Positions 18,580-27,511 of a stretch of DNA of 49,323 nt are shown here, piece after piece. Origin of the DNA: Patescibacteria group bacterium. Lineage in GTDB: Bacteria > Patescibacteriota > Patescibacteriia > JACQRZ01. Position numbers and translations under genes: made by a program. The notes beneath the pieces are model-generated. The model ran no database searches. It was not told the DNA's origin and saw only the letters and a program-made list of their open reading frames with translations. Positions within the stretch are counted from its first letter, which is position 1. The number at the start of each line of letters is the position of its first letter. Location of the stretch: NCBI GenBank assembly GCA_038065125.1, contig JBBTRP010000038.1, positions 1 through 49,323 on the forward strand, written 5' to 3'.

Positions 18580-18889
18580 TGCCGAGGGCGAGGATCGAAC
18601 TCGCGACGCAAGGATTTTCCTTCTGCTTTCTTACGTTTCCGTAAGTGTTGGACTATATCATCACCCTTCTTTCTAGAGAAAGAAGGGGTCGAGCGCTTAT
18701 GCAGGAATATTGTTGAGGCTCACCTGCTAGTCTCTACGCCTTCCAGAAAAACAACGCTCTTTCTGGCTTGGCTCGGAGTTATCACAATTTGACTGGAGAC
18801 TTCTCCGAATTCACCCGATTTTTAATCACACTTTACAGTGTGATGGACCGAAAATTCAGTCCTTCGCTCTACCACTGAGCTACCTCGGC
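18580..18889 (-). tRNA. trnF: tRNA-Phe (GAA) interrupted by a group I intron after U33
   Basis: 5' exon 18889->18858 is GCCGAGGTAGCTCAGTGGTAGAGCGAAGGACT. 3' exon 18619->18580 is GAAAATCCTTGCGTCGCGAGTTCGATCCTCGCCCTCGGCA. Spliced, they give a canonical 72-nt cloverleaf. Confidence 0.85.
18620..18857 (-). ncRNA. Group I intron (IC3-like) in the tRNA-Phe anticodon loop
   Basis: P1 is formed by exon GGACU pairing with the intron guide GGUCC, with a U-G pair at the 5' splice site. The intron ends in G. P6 is CCAGAAA/UUUCUGG and P7 is GACUA/UAGUC. The strings CCGAGCCAAGCC and GGAAGGCGUAGAGACUAGC resemble cyanobacterial tRNA-Leu intron cores as I recall them. Confidence 0.8.
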
Positions 18890-18955
18890 AAAGTGAAAAA
18901 TAGTATACCTTATCGTTATAATCTTTCAAGTATAATAAATCGAACTCGTGGTATA

Positions 18956-19660
18956 ATGAACTTGTACTATAATGATATGAACGAGATAAAACACCAAGCA
19001 ATCCTATTGAGAAAAGAAGGGCTTTCATACAATACTATATCGAGGCGACTGCATGTTGCTAAAAGCACTCTTTCAGGATGGTTGAGCACGGTGCCTTTTT
19101 CGGAGAATATCAAAAGAGAGAATAACGAAAAAAACAAAAAAATACAAGCAAAAAATCTAATTGCATTTAACAAAAATCGATCGAGATTGATCAGGTTGGG
19201 ATGGATAAAAACTCAAAAAGAAAGCTCTCATGAAATCGGAGCTCTTACGGAAAGAGAGCTCTTTCTAATTGGAGCTTCGCTATATTGGGCGGAAGGATAC
19301 AAAAAATCAAACTGGAATATGGTCTTTTGTAACTCTGATCCGAAAATGATTAAACTCATGATGCATTATTTCCTGCACACATGTTCCGTGCCAAGAAAAA
19401 AAATAAAGATCCAAGTCCAACACTATTCCAATCAAGACGAACAGAGAGTCCTACAGTACTGGTCTCGTGTTTGCCGTCTTCCACTCAGCCAGTTCAATAA
19501 GCCAATTTGTATGGTCAGTAAAAGCAGCAAACTAAAACGCGGTTCGACGCTTCCTTTTGGAACGATTCGGATTCGAATTAACGACGTTACTCTTCTCAAT
19601 AGAATGAAGGGATGGATTGAAGGAATTGCCGATTCAAATAGATACAGACGACAGAAGTGA
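18956..19660 (+). CDS. HTH plus LAGLIDADG-like homing-endonuclease-type protein in an AT-rich island
   Basis: LSYNTISRRLHVAKSTLSGWL looks like an HTH. LIGASLYWAEGYK followed by VFCNSDPKMIKLMMHYF resembles single-motif LAGLIDADG_3 domains. The start was moved to the first ATG clear of the tRNA-Phe 5' exon. Confidence 0.5.
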   Translation: MNLYYNDMNEIKHQAILLRKEGLSYNTISRRLHVAKSTLSGWLSTVPFSENIKRENNEKNKKIQAKNLIAFNKNRSRLIRLGWIKTQKESSHEIGALTERELFLIGASLYWAEGYKKSNWNMVFCNSDPKMIKLMMHYFLHTCSVPRKKIKIQVQHYSNQDEQRVLQYWSRVCRLPLSQFNKPICMVSKSSKLKRGSTLPFGTIRIRINDVTLLNRMKGWIEGIADSNRYRRQK

Positions 19661-19697
19661 ATCCGTCGGCTGGAAGGGGGGGGCTCTAAACAGATCT

Positions 19698-19774
19698 TGG
19701 TGGGCATGGGAGGACTCGAACCTCCGACCTCTTCATTATCAGTGAAGTGCTCTAACCAACTGAGCTACATGCCC
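19698..19774 (-). tRNA. trnI: tRNA-Ile (GAU) with encoded CCA
   Basis: GGGCATGTAGCTCAGTTGGTTAGAGC...CTGATAA...GGAGGTTCGAGTCCTCCCATGCCCACCA. Confidence 0.9.
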
Positions 19775-19820
19775 ATTAACCTTTGCAAACAATGGAAAAA
19801 TACTACACGGGAATCGTCTC

Positions 19821-20702
19821 TTATGCAAGGTTGCTGACAATTCGTCTAAGATACTCCCCGTAACCGTTTTTACTGTGCTTGTCGACCGCCTTGAGAAGGG
19901 TTTTGGCATCAATGTACCCCAGGGTGTAAGCGATTTCCTCAATGCAGGCGATTTTGAGACCTTGGCGTTTTTCGATAGTGGCGATAAACTCGCTCGCTTC
20001 CAAAAGACTCTCGTGGCTGCCGGTATCAAGCCACGCCGTGCCGCGACCAAGAAGTTCAACACGGAGTTTTTTCTGCTCGAGGTAGGTCCTATTCACGTCG
20101 GTGATCTCAAGCTCCCCGCGCCAGGAGGGCATAACTCCTTTTGCGATCTCAACCACCGAATTATCATAGAAATAGAGGCCGGTTATCGCGTAATTCGACT
20201 TTGGTTCTTTCGGCTTCTCCTCGACAGATACCACCTTTCCGCTCTCATCGAACTCCACGATGCCATATTGGTTTGGATTCTGAACGTAGTATCCAAAAAC
20301 CGTTGCTCCACCGTGAGTCTCAATATCGGTTGCCGCCTTCCTGAGAAGTCCGGTAAATCCGTGACTAAAAAAAACGTTGTCTCCAAGGATCAAGCACACC
20401 GAATCGTCTCCGATAAACTCTTGTCCGAGAATAAATGCTTCAGCAAGGCCGTTTGGCGCGTCTTGCACTTTATAGAAAAAGTTCAACCCCAGATCAGAAC
20501 CGTCCCCGAACAAATCCTGAAAGCGCGGCAAGTCTTGTGGAGTGGAGATCAAAAGAATATCCCGAATACCCGCAAGCATAAGTACCGAGAGCGGGTAATA
20601 AATCATGGGCTTGTCATAGATCGGCAGCAGCTGCTTGCAGACCCCCCGAGTGATCGGGTAGAGCCGCGTCCCGCTTCCACCCGCAAGAATGATTCCTTTC
20701 AT
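19821..20702 (-). CDS. rfbA: Glucose-1-phosphate thymidylyltransferase
   Basis: [18 protein letters not shown]...[31 protein letters not shown] is the canonical RmlA N-terminus. Confidence 0.95.
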   Translation of the reverse strand: MKGIILAGGSGTRLYPITRGVCKQLLPIYDKPMIYYPLSVLMLAGIRDILLISTPQDLPRFQDLFGDGSDLGLNFFYKVQDAPNGLAEAFILGQEFIGDDSVCLILGDNVFFSHGFTGLLRKAATDIETHGGATVFGYYVQNPNQYGIVEFDESGKVVSVEEKPKEPKSNYAITGLYFYDNSVVEIAKGVMPSWRGELEITDVNRTYLEQKKLRVELLGRGTAWLDTGSHESLLEASEFIATIEKRQGLKIACIEEIAYTLGYIDAKTLLKAVDKHSKNGYGEYLRRIVSNLA

Positions 20703-20826
20703 AGTTTTTTTTGAATAGAAAACAGATCCATTGAAGCATTGTTTTGCCCGATTGTCTACTCTTCATTTGCACATACCTGCCGGGGGAGCGTACACTATAG
20801 TGAAAGACTTCATAATCAACACCTCT

Positions 20827-21411
20827 ATGGACCTCTCTCATCGTGCACAGCACGCATATACGCAGGAACTCGGAACCTTGGTACTCCTTACGGTCGTGTC
20901 CTATGGCACGTACCCGCTGTATTGGTTTTATCGCAATTGGACACACCTCAAGGAGGTCAATGGCCTCTCACTTCGACCGGCCCTGAGAACGCTCGGGCTT
21001 CTTGTTCCGTTCTTGAATATTTTTCTCATCGCCCAGCAACTGCAGCAGATCCGTGAACTCTCCGGCACCGCAGAGCAGAAGGTATATTACCCGTCGGTAT
21101 GGGTGACGATCGGTCTTCTGGCCCTGGGGTACTTGTGGGTCGGGTATACGATTGTTGCGATCGCGATGTTCTCAAGCGAGGTTCCCCCGACAAGCCTGGA
21201 GGCAGTGAGCGCACTGGTTATCGACCTATTCATGGCACTACTTGTCGGACTCTTACTCGCCGCGCCTCAGCGCGCGCTCAATAGCTATTGGCACACTCAT
21301 CATAAAGATCGCTCTCAAGCGTTAGGCTTAACTCCCGGTGAAATCGCATGGATTGTCATCGGCGGCATGGTCTGGACACTCTCCCTCGCGCAAGGATTTC
21401 TCTTTGGCTAA
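20827..21411 (+). CDS. Membrane protein, DUF4234-like
   Basis: Four hydrophobic helices and YGTYPLYWFYRNW, which is typical of DUF4234. The start is at 20827 or 20731. Confidence 0.5.
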   Translation: MDLSHRAQHAYTQELGTLVLLTVVSYGTYPLYWFYRNWTHLKEVNGLSLRPALRTLGLLVPFLNIFLIAQQLQQIRELSGTAEQKVYYPSVWVTIGLLALGYLWVGYTIVAIAMFSSEVPPTSLEAVSALVIDLFMALLVGLLLAAPQRALNSYWHTHHKDRSQALGLTPGEIAWIVIGGMVWTLSLAQGFLFG

Positions 21412-21431
21412 CGCTCAACCCTGTTGTTCTG

Positions 21432-23024
21432 TCATAGAACCTGGTAAAGAGTTACCTCGCGGTTCTGATACACATTTTTAAGAAAGGAATAATTCTCGGG
21501 AGAAAAATCACCTGGAATTTTTTCATAAAAAGAATAGAATACGTAGCTGATTTTTTCTTTTTTGAGAAATTCGTGCATCGTGTTCTGGCTGTCACGCCCT
21601 TCAAAAATTGCGTACGCCTGCTTTCGCTTTCTGTCCAAATCAAGCGTCAAAAGCCAATGCCCGATAAATACTCTTCGATTAGAAAAGTATGGAATAACAT
21701 TTCCGTTAACCATTGATGAAAGAATGATGCTTTCATTTTTTGTATGAACCGACAGCCACCGCATCGCCTCGATATTTCCGTTTGGCAAAAAGGGGCTGCT
21801 AACGCGAGTCGCGTCGCTGTGATAGCGCACAAGGAATCTTTTCCATGATGCGACGGCGGGACCCGCGAAGATTCCAACAACCACCAGTGTGATCGCGCTG
21901 ACAAGAACCGTATCACGCATGAGAGATCCCGATCGATTTCTCCATCTCGTCAGTACCTCAAAAAACAGGCTCATCCCGTAGCTTGCGCCAATCGCGACCG
22001 GCAAGATAGTTGTCGCTTCAAAAAGACGTGTTTTCTGCGCGATCGGCAGACTATACATGAGGAGCATGCCGCACGCGAGCGTACACGCGGATGCTCGTCC
22101 ATCGTCATGCCGCTGGAGCGATCGAAATCCAATGATAAAAAAAATCCATAGTCCTCCAAAGCCCGTCAGAAGCTCGGGGATACTATATGCTCGTAGCACG
22201 CCGTGCTGAGAAATCGCCAGGGGATGATCGGAAAGCCCGATCAACGCCATGACGATAAAAGATGGCAGAGAGATCGCGAGGAAGAGAAACGCATGAAGCG
22301 CGATTTTTTTTCTCTCGCTCGGCAGAGACAGCATGCGCTCGACAACCAGTACGCCGGCAAGGGCAATGAGAAGAATTGAGTAATACGGCAACACGATATT
22401 TAGGAGCGCCACGCACATTCCAGCAACTGCCATGCGGAGACATCGCGTCTCTCTTCCGTACAAAAAACAAAGGGTTGCCGCGAACACGAAAAGGCTGTGC
22501 GCCAACATAAAGTGTGGGAAGTCGGCAAAACGAAGGAGCGATGTTGTGCCGGGCCAGACACGTACAGCGAATGGCACTATATACCCGATCCCTCCGGCAA
22601 AAAAAGTGAGCAGATATGCGTATCTGCGTACGCGCAACGAGCGAACGAGACTCCTAGTGCAATAAATCGAAGCGGCCATGAAGAGTAGTCCGAACGCATA
22701 CCGGGCGATGTGGAAGGTTTTTTCAATAGAGAGGCCGGCGATGCGCGAAAGATGCCCGAGCGAGAGATAGAATGGATGATAGAACAACGGCGAATGCTCT
22801 TCCGTGGTGAATGGGTCGACGGAGAGCCACTTCCCCTCAAAACCAGCGCGCATTTCCGTGAGGTAAAAGGAGAAATCCATCGAAATGGTCGGAAGACCAA
22901 CGTATGTCACATCCTCAACTGGATGCGTTGCTCGATAGAGATCTGGCGCGAGATTCCAGAGAAAAGCGATCAACGCCAAAACGATTACGAATTTTTTTTC
23001 TGAAATCTTTTGCATAGACTTCAA
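21432..23024 (-). CDS. Polytopic membrane protein (possible GT-C type glycosyltransferase)
   Basis: At least 12 hydrophobic helices followed by a soluble C-terminal domain. No confident family assignment. Confidence 0.6.
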   Translation of the reverse strand: MKSMQKISEKKFVIVLALIAFLWNLAPDLYRATHPVEDVTYVGLPTISMDFSFYLTEMRAGFEGKWLSVDPFTTEEHSPLFYHPFYLSLGHLSRIAGLSIEKTFHIARYAFGLLFMAASIYCTRSLVRSLRVRRYAYLLTFFAGGIGYIVPFAVRVWPGTTSLLRFADFPHFMLAHSLFVFAATLCFLYGRETRCLRMAVAGMCVALLNIVLPYYSILLIALAGVLVVERMLSLPSERKKIALHAFLFLAISLPSFIVMALIGLSDHPLAISQHGVLRAYSIPELLTGFGGLWIFFIIGFRSLQRHDDGRASACTLACGMLLMYSLPIAQKTRLFEATTILPVAIGASYGMSLFFEVLTRWRNRSGSLMRDTVLVSAITLVVVGIFAGPAVASWKRFLVRYHSDATRVSSPFLPNGNIEAMRWLSVHTKNESIILSSMVNGNVIPYFSNRRVFIGHWLLTLDLDRKRKQAYAIFEGRDSQNTMHEFLKKEKISYVFYSFYEKIPGDFSPENYSFLKNVYQNREVTLYQVL

Positions 23025-23053
23025 TTTTTACATACCGGTTGCTCGTCCGCAAC

Positions 23054-23084
23054 AAAAAAACCACCCAATAAAGGGCGGTTTTTT
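23054..23084 (-). terminator. Rho-independent terminator immediately downstream of the 16S rRNA unit
   Basis: On the minus strand it reads ACCGCCC TTTATT GGGTGGT followed by TTTTTTT. One pair is G-U only in this orientation. Confidence 0.55.
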
Positions 23085-23085
23085 A

Positions 23086-23106
23086 TCTTTGACTCTTAAA
23101 AGCGAT
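23086..23106 (-). promoter_or_regulatory. 3' strand of the long-range 16S precursor (RNase III-type) processing stem
   Basis: TCTTTGACTCTTAAAAGCGAT pairs with 24835-24856 over 21 bp, with a single bulged nucleotide. Confidence 0.5.
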
Positions 23107-23237
23107 CCAAGCCTGAACTCAACAGCTCAATTCCGGTTTTTTTACTGAATCTGTGTGTGTCGCTTTAGGGGCGACTCATACAGCATCGACCAGTGTTGAA
23201 ACACGATTTGTGAAAACCGCATTTCGAATTCTCCCTA

Positions 23238-24745
<1,508 letters not shown>

Positions 24746-24834
24746 GAGTGTTGATTGACTCGATAGTTTATTGGAATTGATCTATTTTGTTCCATGGAAC
24801 TACCCCAGTAAACTGGGATAGCCATGTGGCTTGT

Positions 24835-24856
24835 ATCGCTTTTAAGATGTCAAAGA
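24835..24856 (-). promoter_or_regulatory. 5' strand of the 16S precursor processing stem
   Basis: ATCGCTTTTAAGATGTCAAAGA is complementary to 23086-23106. Confidence 0.5.
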
Positions 24857-25003
24857 TCGCCTTTTCTCTTCAGTCAGAAGAAAAAAGAGAGAAGTCGTCT
24901 CAGTGGATAAGATGACCTCACTCCTTTTGCTTTTGTCTTGCCGATGAAATGATTACTTTCTGTGTATTTGAAAGCAATTCAGGACTAAGAATACAATATG
25001 TCC

Positions 25004-25032
25004 ATCCTAGAGGAGACAGAATCGTTTGTCAA
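25004..25032 (-). promoter_or_regulatory. Candidate sigma-70 promoter for the 16S rRNA gene
   Basis: On the minus strand: TTGACA (25032-25027), a 17-nt spacer, then TAGGAT (25009-25004), about 260 nt upstream of the mature 5' end. Confidence 0.35.
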
Positions 25033-25100
25033 GAGGAGGTTGGGGGGCATTCTATCAACAGTTTATCCACATGCCCACAGGTCTATCGACAGATGGGGGG

Positions 25101-25745
25101 TCATTTTCTTACAGTCTTTTTTGCGCGCCACTCACTGATCTTTTTATGGTCTCCGGAGAGAAGAATTTTGGGAACCTTTAATCGGCGAAATAGTTCCGGT
25201 CGCGTGTACTGCGGATACTCTGCCGCGCCTTCTTGCACGTGCGACTCCTGGGCAAGGGATTCCGGATTCCCCAGGACCCCGGGAAGAAGGCGGCTGACCG
25301 CCTCGATCACCGCCATCGCCGCAACCTCGCCGCCGTTGAGGACGTATGGCCCGATTGAGAGCTCTTCGTCAATGAACTTTTTGATTCGGGCATCAACGCC
25401 CTCATAGCGACCGCAGACAAAAATCAACTGATCGTATTTTTTTGCAAAGGTGTTCGCGCGCTTTTGATCGAACTGCTTCCCGGCAGGCGAGAGGAGAATA
25501 ACGCGTGATTTCTTATTTCGCTTGATAGACTCGAGCGCTTTGACCAGTGGGTCGATCTTCATGAGCATCCCTGCTCCGCCGCCGTATGGCTTGTCATCGA
25601 CGGTTTTGTGTTTGTCGACCGCAAAAGCACGCAGATCATGCACCGTTATTGCAATGAGTTTCTTGTCCAGCGCTTTCTTCAATAAACTCTCGCTCATGAA
25701 CGAGTCAAAAAGCGTGGGGAAAATGGAAATAACATCAAACTTCAT
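25101..25745 (-). CDS. trmD: tRNA (guanine37-N1)-methyltransferase
   Basis: MKFDVISIFP...DDKPYGGGAGMLMK...FVCGRYEGVDARI are canonical TrmD motifs. Confidence 0.95.
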   Translation of the reverse strand: MKFDVISIFPTLFDSFMSESLLKKALDKKLIAITVHDLRAFAVDKHKTVDDKPYGGGAGMLMKIDPLVKALESIKRNKKSRVILLSPAGKQFDQKRANTFAKKYDQLIFVCGRYEGVDARIKKFIDEELSIGPYVLNGGEVAAMAVIEAVSRLLPGVLGNPESLAQESHVQEGAAEYPQYTRPELFRRLKVPKILLSGDHKKISEWRAKKTVRK

Positions 25746-25776
25746 ACGCATCTCAAGTCCCATGTCGCACTTCCTC

Positions 25777-26643
25777 TCATTTGTTTTTCCTTTTTAGAAT
25801 ATAGATGGGCGCCCATTTTTTAAAACAGTCGGTGCCGTAGCGTATGTTCGTTATCTCAAAAAAACGCGACATGACTTCTTCAGCAAATGCTTTCAAGGGA
25901 ATAATGAATGCGGATCCTTCGTGCTGCCATCGATCATAACACGCGTGATACTCTGCTTTTGAAATTTTCTTTTCGAGGAGCTTTTCTTTAAGAAGATGGA
26001 TCATCGCGGGGTAGTTGGCATTATCGTTGAGAAAATCATAGCAACACATATACAGAGGCATGATATTTGCCGTATAAAAATGCGACTTCGATCCGGCCTT
26101 TCTATATGATTTGAGTATTGTGTCAACAGATCTGTGCGCGCTACTGGCGCGAACCCATGTTCGCAACATACAGACACCGTCTTGCGAAAGACTCTCTTTA
26201 AGTTTTTGCAAGATGGTTGAAATATCTTCTTTTTGAACAACATTGAGAACCAGATCGCCAAGAATCAGGTCATAGCGTTCTTTTGTGTGCATCCTTCGCC
26301 AGTCCTCCTCTCGGACATGTTCTGTACCTCGGTATTTCATTTGCTGACGAGAAAGGATCGCGTAGTGCTTCTTGCTGAATTCAATGACTGTTACATCAAG
26401 TGAATATTTATGACACAAAGAGCGAAATTCAACTGTCGACCCTAAAATAGCAACCGTGACGTGACTCTTTTGTTTTTTCAACTTCACAATACGCTCTTCG
26501 TATCGCTTTAGTTCTGATCGAGAGGGACGAGCTGGAATAACATAATTTTTCCAGTCGTACACTTTGGTTGATTCCCAGCTTAGCCGCTTGGTCATAGGTG
26601 CTTTCGTTCTTTTCTTACATCTATTGCAAAAAGTATAAACCAT
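25777..26643 (-). CDS. AT-rich class I SAM-dependent methyltransferase-like protein with an N-terminal CxxC
   Basis: VAILGSTVEF (motif I-like) and DLILGDLVLNVV (motif II/III-like), with an N-terminal CNRC. Its composition is clearly more AT-rich than its neighbours. Confidence 0.6.
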   Translation of the reverse strand: MVYTFCNRCKKRTKAPMTKRLSWESTKVYDWKNYVIPARPSRSELKRYEERIVKLKKQKSHVTVAILGSTVEFRSLCHKYSLDVTVIEFSKKHYAILSRQQMKYRGTEHVREEDWRRMHTKERYDLILGDLVLNVVQKEDISTILQKLKESLSQDGVCMLRTWVRASSAHRSVDTILKSYRKAGSKSHFYTANIMPLYMCCYDFLNDNANYPAMIHLLKEKLLEKKISKAEYHACYDRWQHEGSAFIIPLKAFAEEVMSRFFEITNIRYGTDCFKKWAPIYILKRKNK

Positions 26644-26653
26644 TAGTCGAATA

Positions 26654-26686
26654 ACAAAAGAACCCCCTTGGTGGGGGCTCTTTTGT
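26654..26686 (-). terminator. Stem-loop terminator after the KH-domain gene
   Basis: ACAAAAGAACCCCC ttggt GGGGGCTCTTTTGT. Confidence 0.5.
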
Positions 26687-26698
26687 TTGATTGATGTT

Positions 26699-27049
26699 CT
26701 ATATCTTTAGGTCGTCGACCAGTGAGGTGTCCACACCGGTGTCCCAGCCTGAGGTTGCCATACTCGGCGCCTCGCTTGGGCGGTGGCCGCGGGTTGATCC
26801 TTCCGGTTCGTTGATCTTGAGATTGACGCGCGCGGAGTTCTTGGCGCCGACAATCTTGAGGAGAGTTCTGATCGCGCGTGCGGTCTGGCCTTGCCTGCCG
26901 ATCACATACCCCATATCCTCGGGGTGGATCGACAGCGTGATGAGCACGCCGCGCTCATCAATCTTTCGTTCTGTCTTCACGTCTTCGGGGTGCGCTACAA
27001 TTGCTTTGACAACTGTCTCTACAAATTCCTGATCTGACAATTGAGTCAT
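26699..27049 (-). CDS. KH-domain RNA-binding protein (YlqC/UPF0109-like)
   Basis: VKAIVAHPEDV...LSIHPEDMGYVIGRQGQTARAIRTLLK contains the GxxG KH motif. It sits in the conserved position after rpsP. Confidence 0.8.
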   Translation of the reverse strand: MTQLSDQEFVETVVKAIVAHPEDVKTERKIDERGVLITLSIHPEDMGYVIGRQGQTARAIRTLLKIVGAKNSARVNLKINEPEGSTRGHRPSEAPSMATSGWDTGVDTSLVDDLKI

Positions 27050-27163
27050 AGTCTTTCGAGTTCGGTTACATGAAATATCATCTGTCTGCTCGTCCGGGCC
27101 TGTCGACCAAGGTCTCCAACGAAAATACCCCCTGAGTATATCATGGGGTATTTGGTGGTCAAT

Positions 27164-27448
27164 CTATTTTTTTTCTGCTTTTTTCTTTGCTTTTGACTTT
27201 ACGATTTTCTTCTCGGTGATCACCTTCTCTTTGACGAGCAGGTTGTGAACGGACGGGGAGGCTTGTGCCCCCTTGGAAAGCCAGTAGGTGATGCGATCGG
27301 CCTTCAGTGTCACGGGCTTATCTTTTGCGGCGGGGTTGTAGGTGCCGACTTCTTCAAGGGCGGTACCATAGAGATCGCGTGATTTCTCTGATACCAGGAG
27401 CCGGAAGAACGGCGCATTCTTTTTTCCTCGCCGAGCGAGACGAATCAT
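27164..27448 (-). CDS. rpsP: 30S ribosomal protein S16
   Basis: MIRLARRGKKNAPFFRLLV...YNP. The ATG at 27448 is preferred over the track GTG at 27454. Confidence 0.9.
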   Translation of the reverse strand: MIRLARRGKKNAPFFRLLVSEKSRDLYGTALEEVGTYNPAAKDKPVTLKADRITYWLSKGAQASPSVHNLLVKEKVITEKKIVKSKAKKKAEKK

Positions 27449-27455
27449 TAGCACA

Positions 27456-27480
27456 GGGTTTAGGGTTTAGGGTTTAGGGG
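27456..27480. repeat. Tandem heptamer (GGGTTTA) x3 immediately upstream of rpsP
   Basis: Direct reading. On the coding strand it reads (CCCTAAA)3 and ends 8 nt before the rpsP ATG. Confidence 0.8.
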
Positions 27481-27511
27481 ATAGTGAGTAGAAACACTAT
27501 CCTGGGAGCCG

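Noticed and set aside
18358-18597. A repeat pair that could be mistaken for a CRISPR or tandem array
   Set aside because: There are only two copies. The repeat consists of a terminator hairpin plus a tRNA 3' end, and there are no cas genes or further spacers.
19875-20714. A 279-aa plus-strand ORF
   Set aside because: It is antisense to the unambiguous rfbA gene and has no recognisable motifs.
27456-27480. A plant-type telomere repeat (TTTAGGG)n
   Set aside because: It has three units inside a bacterial operon leader, which is a coincidental microsatellite and not a chromosome end.
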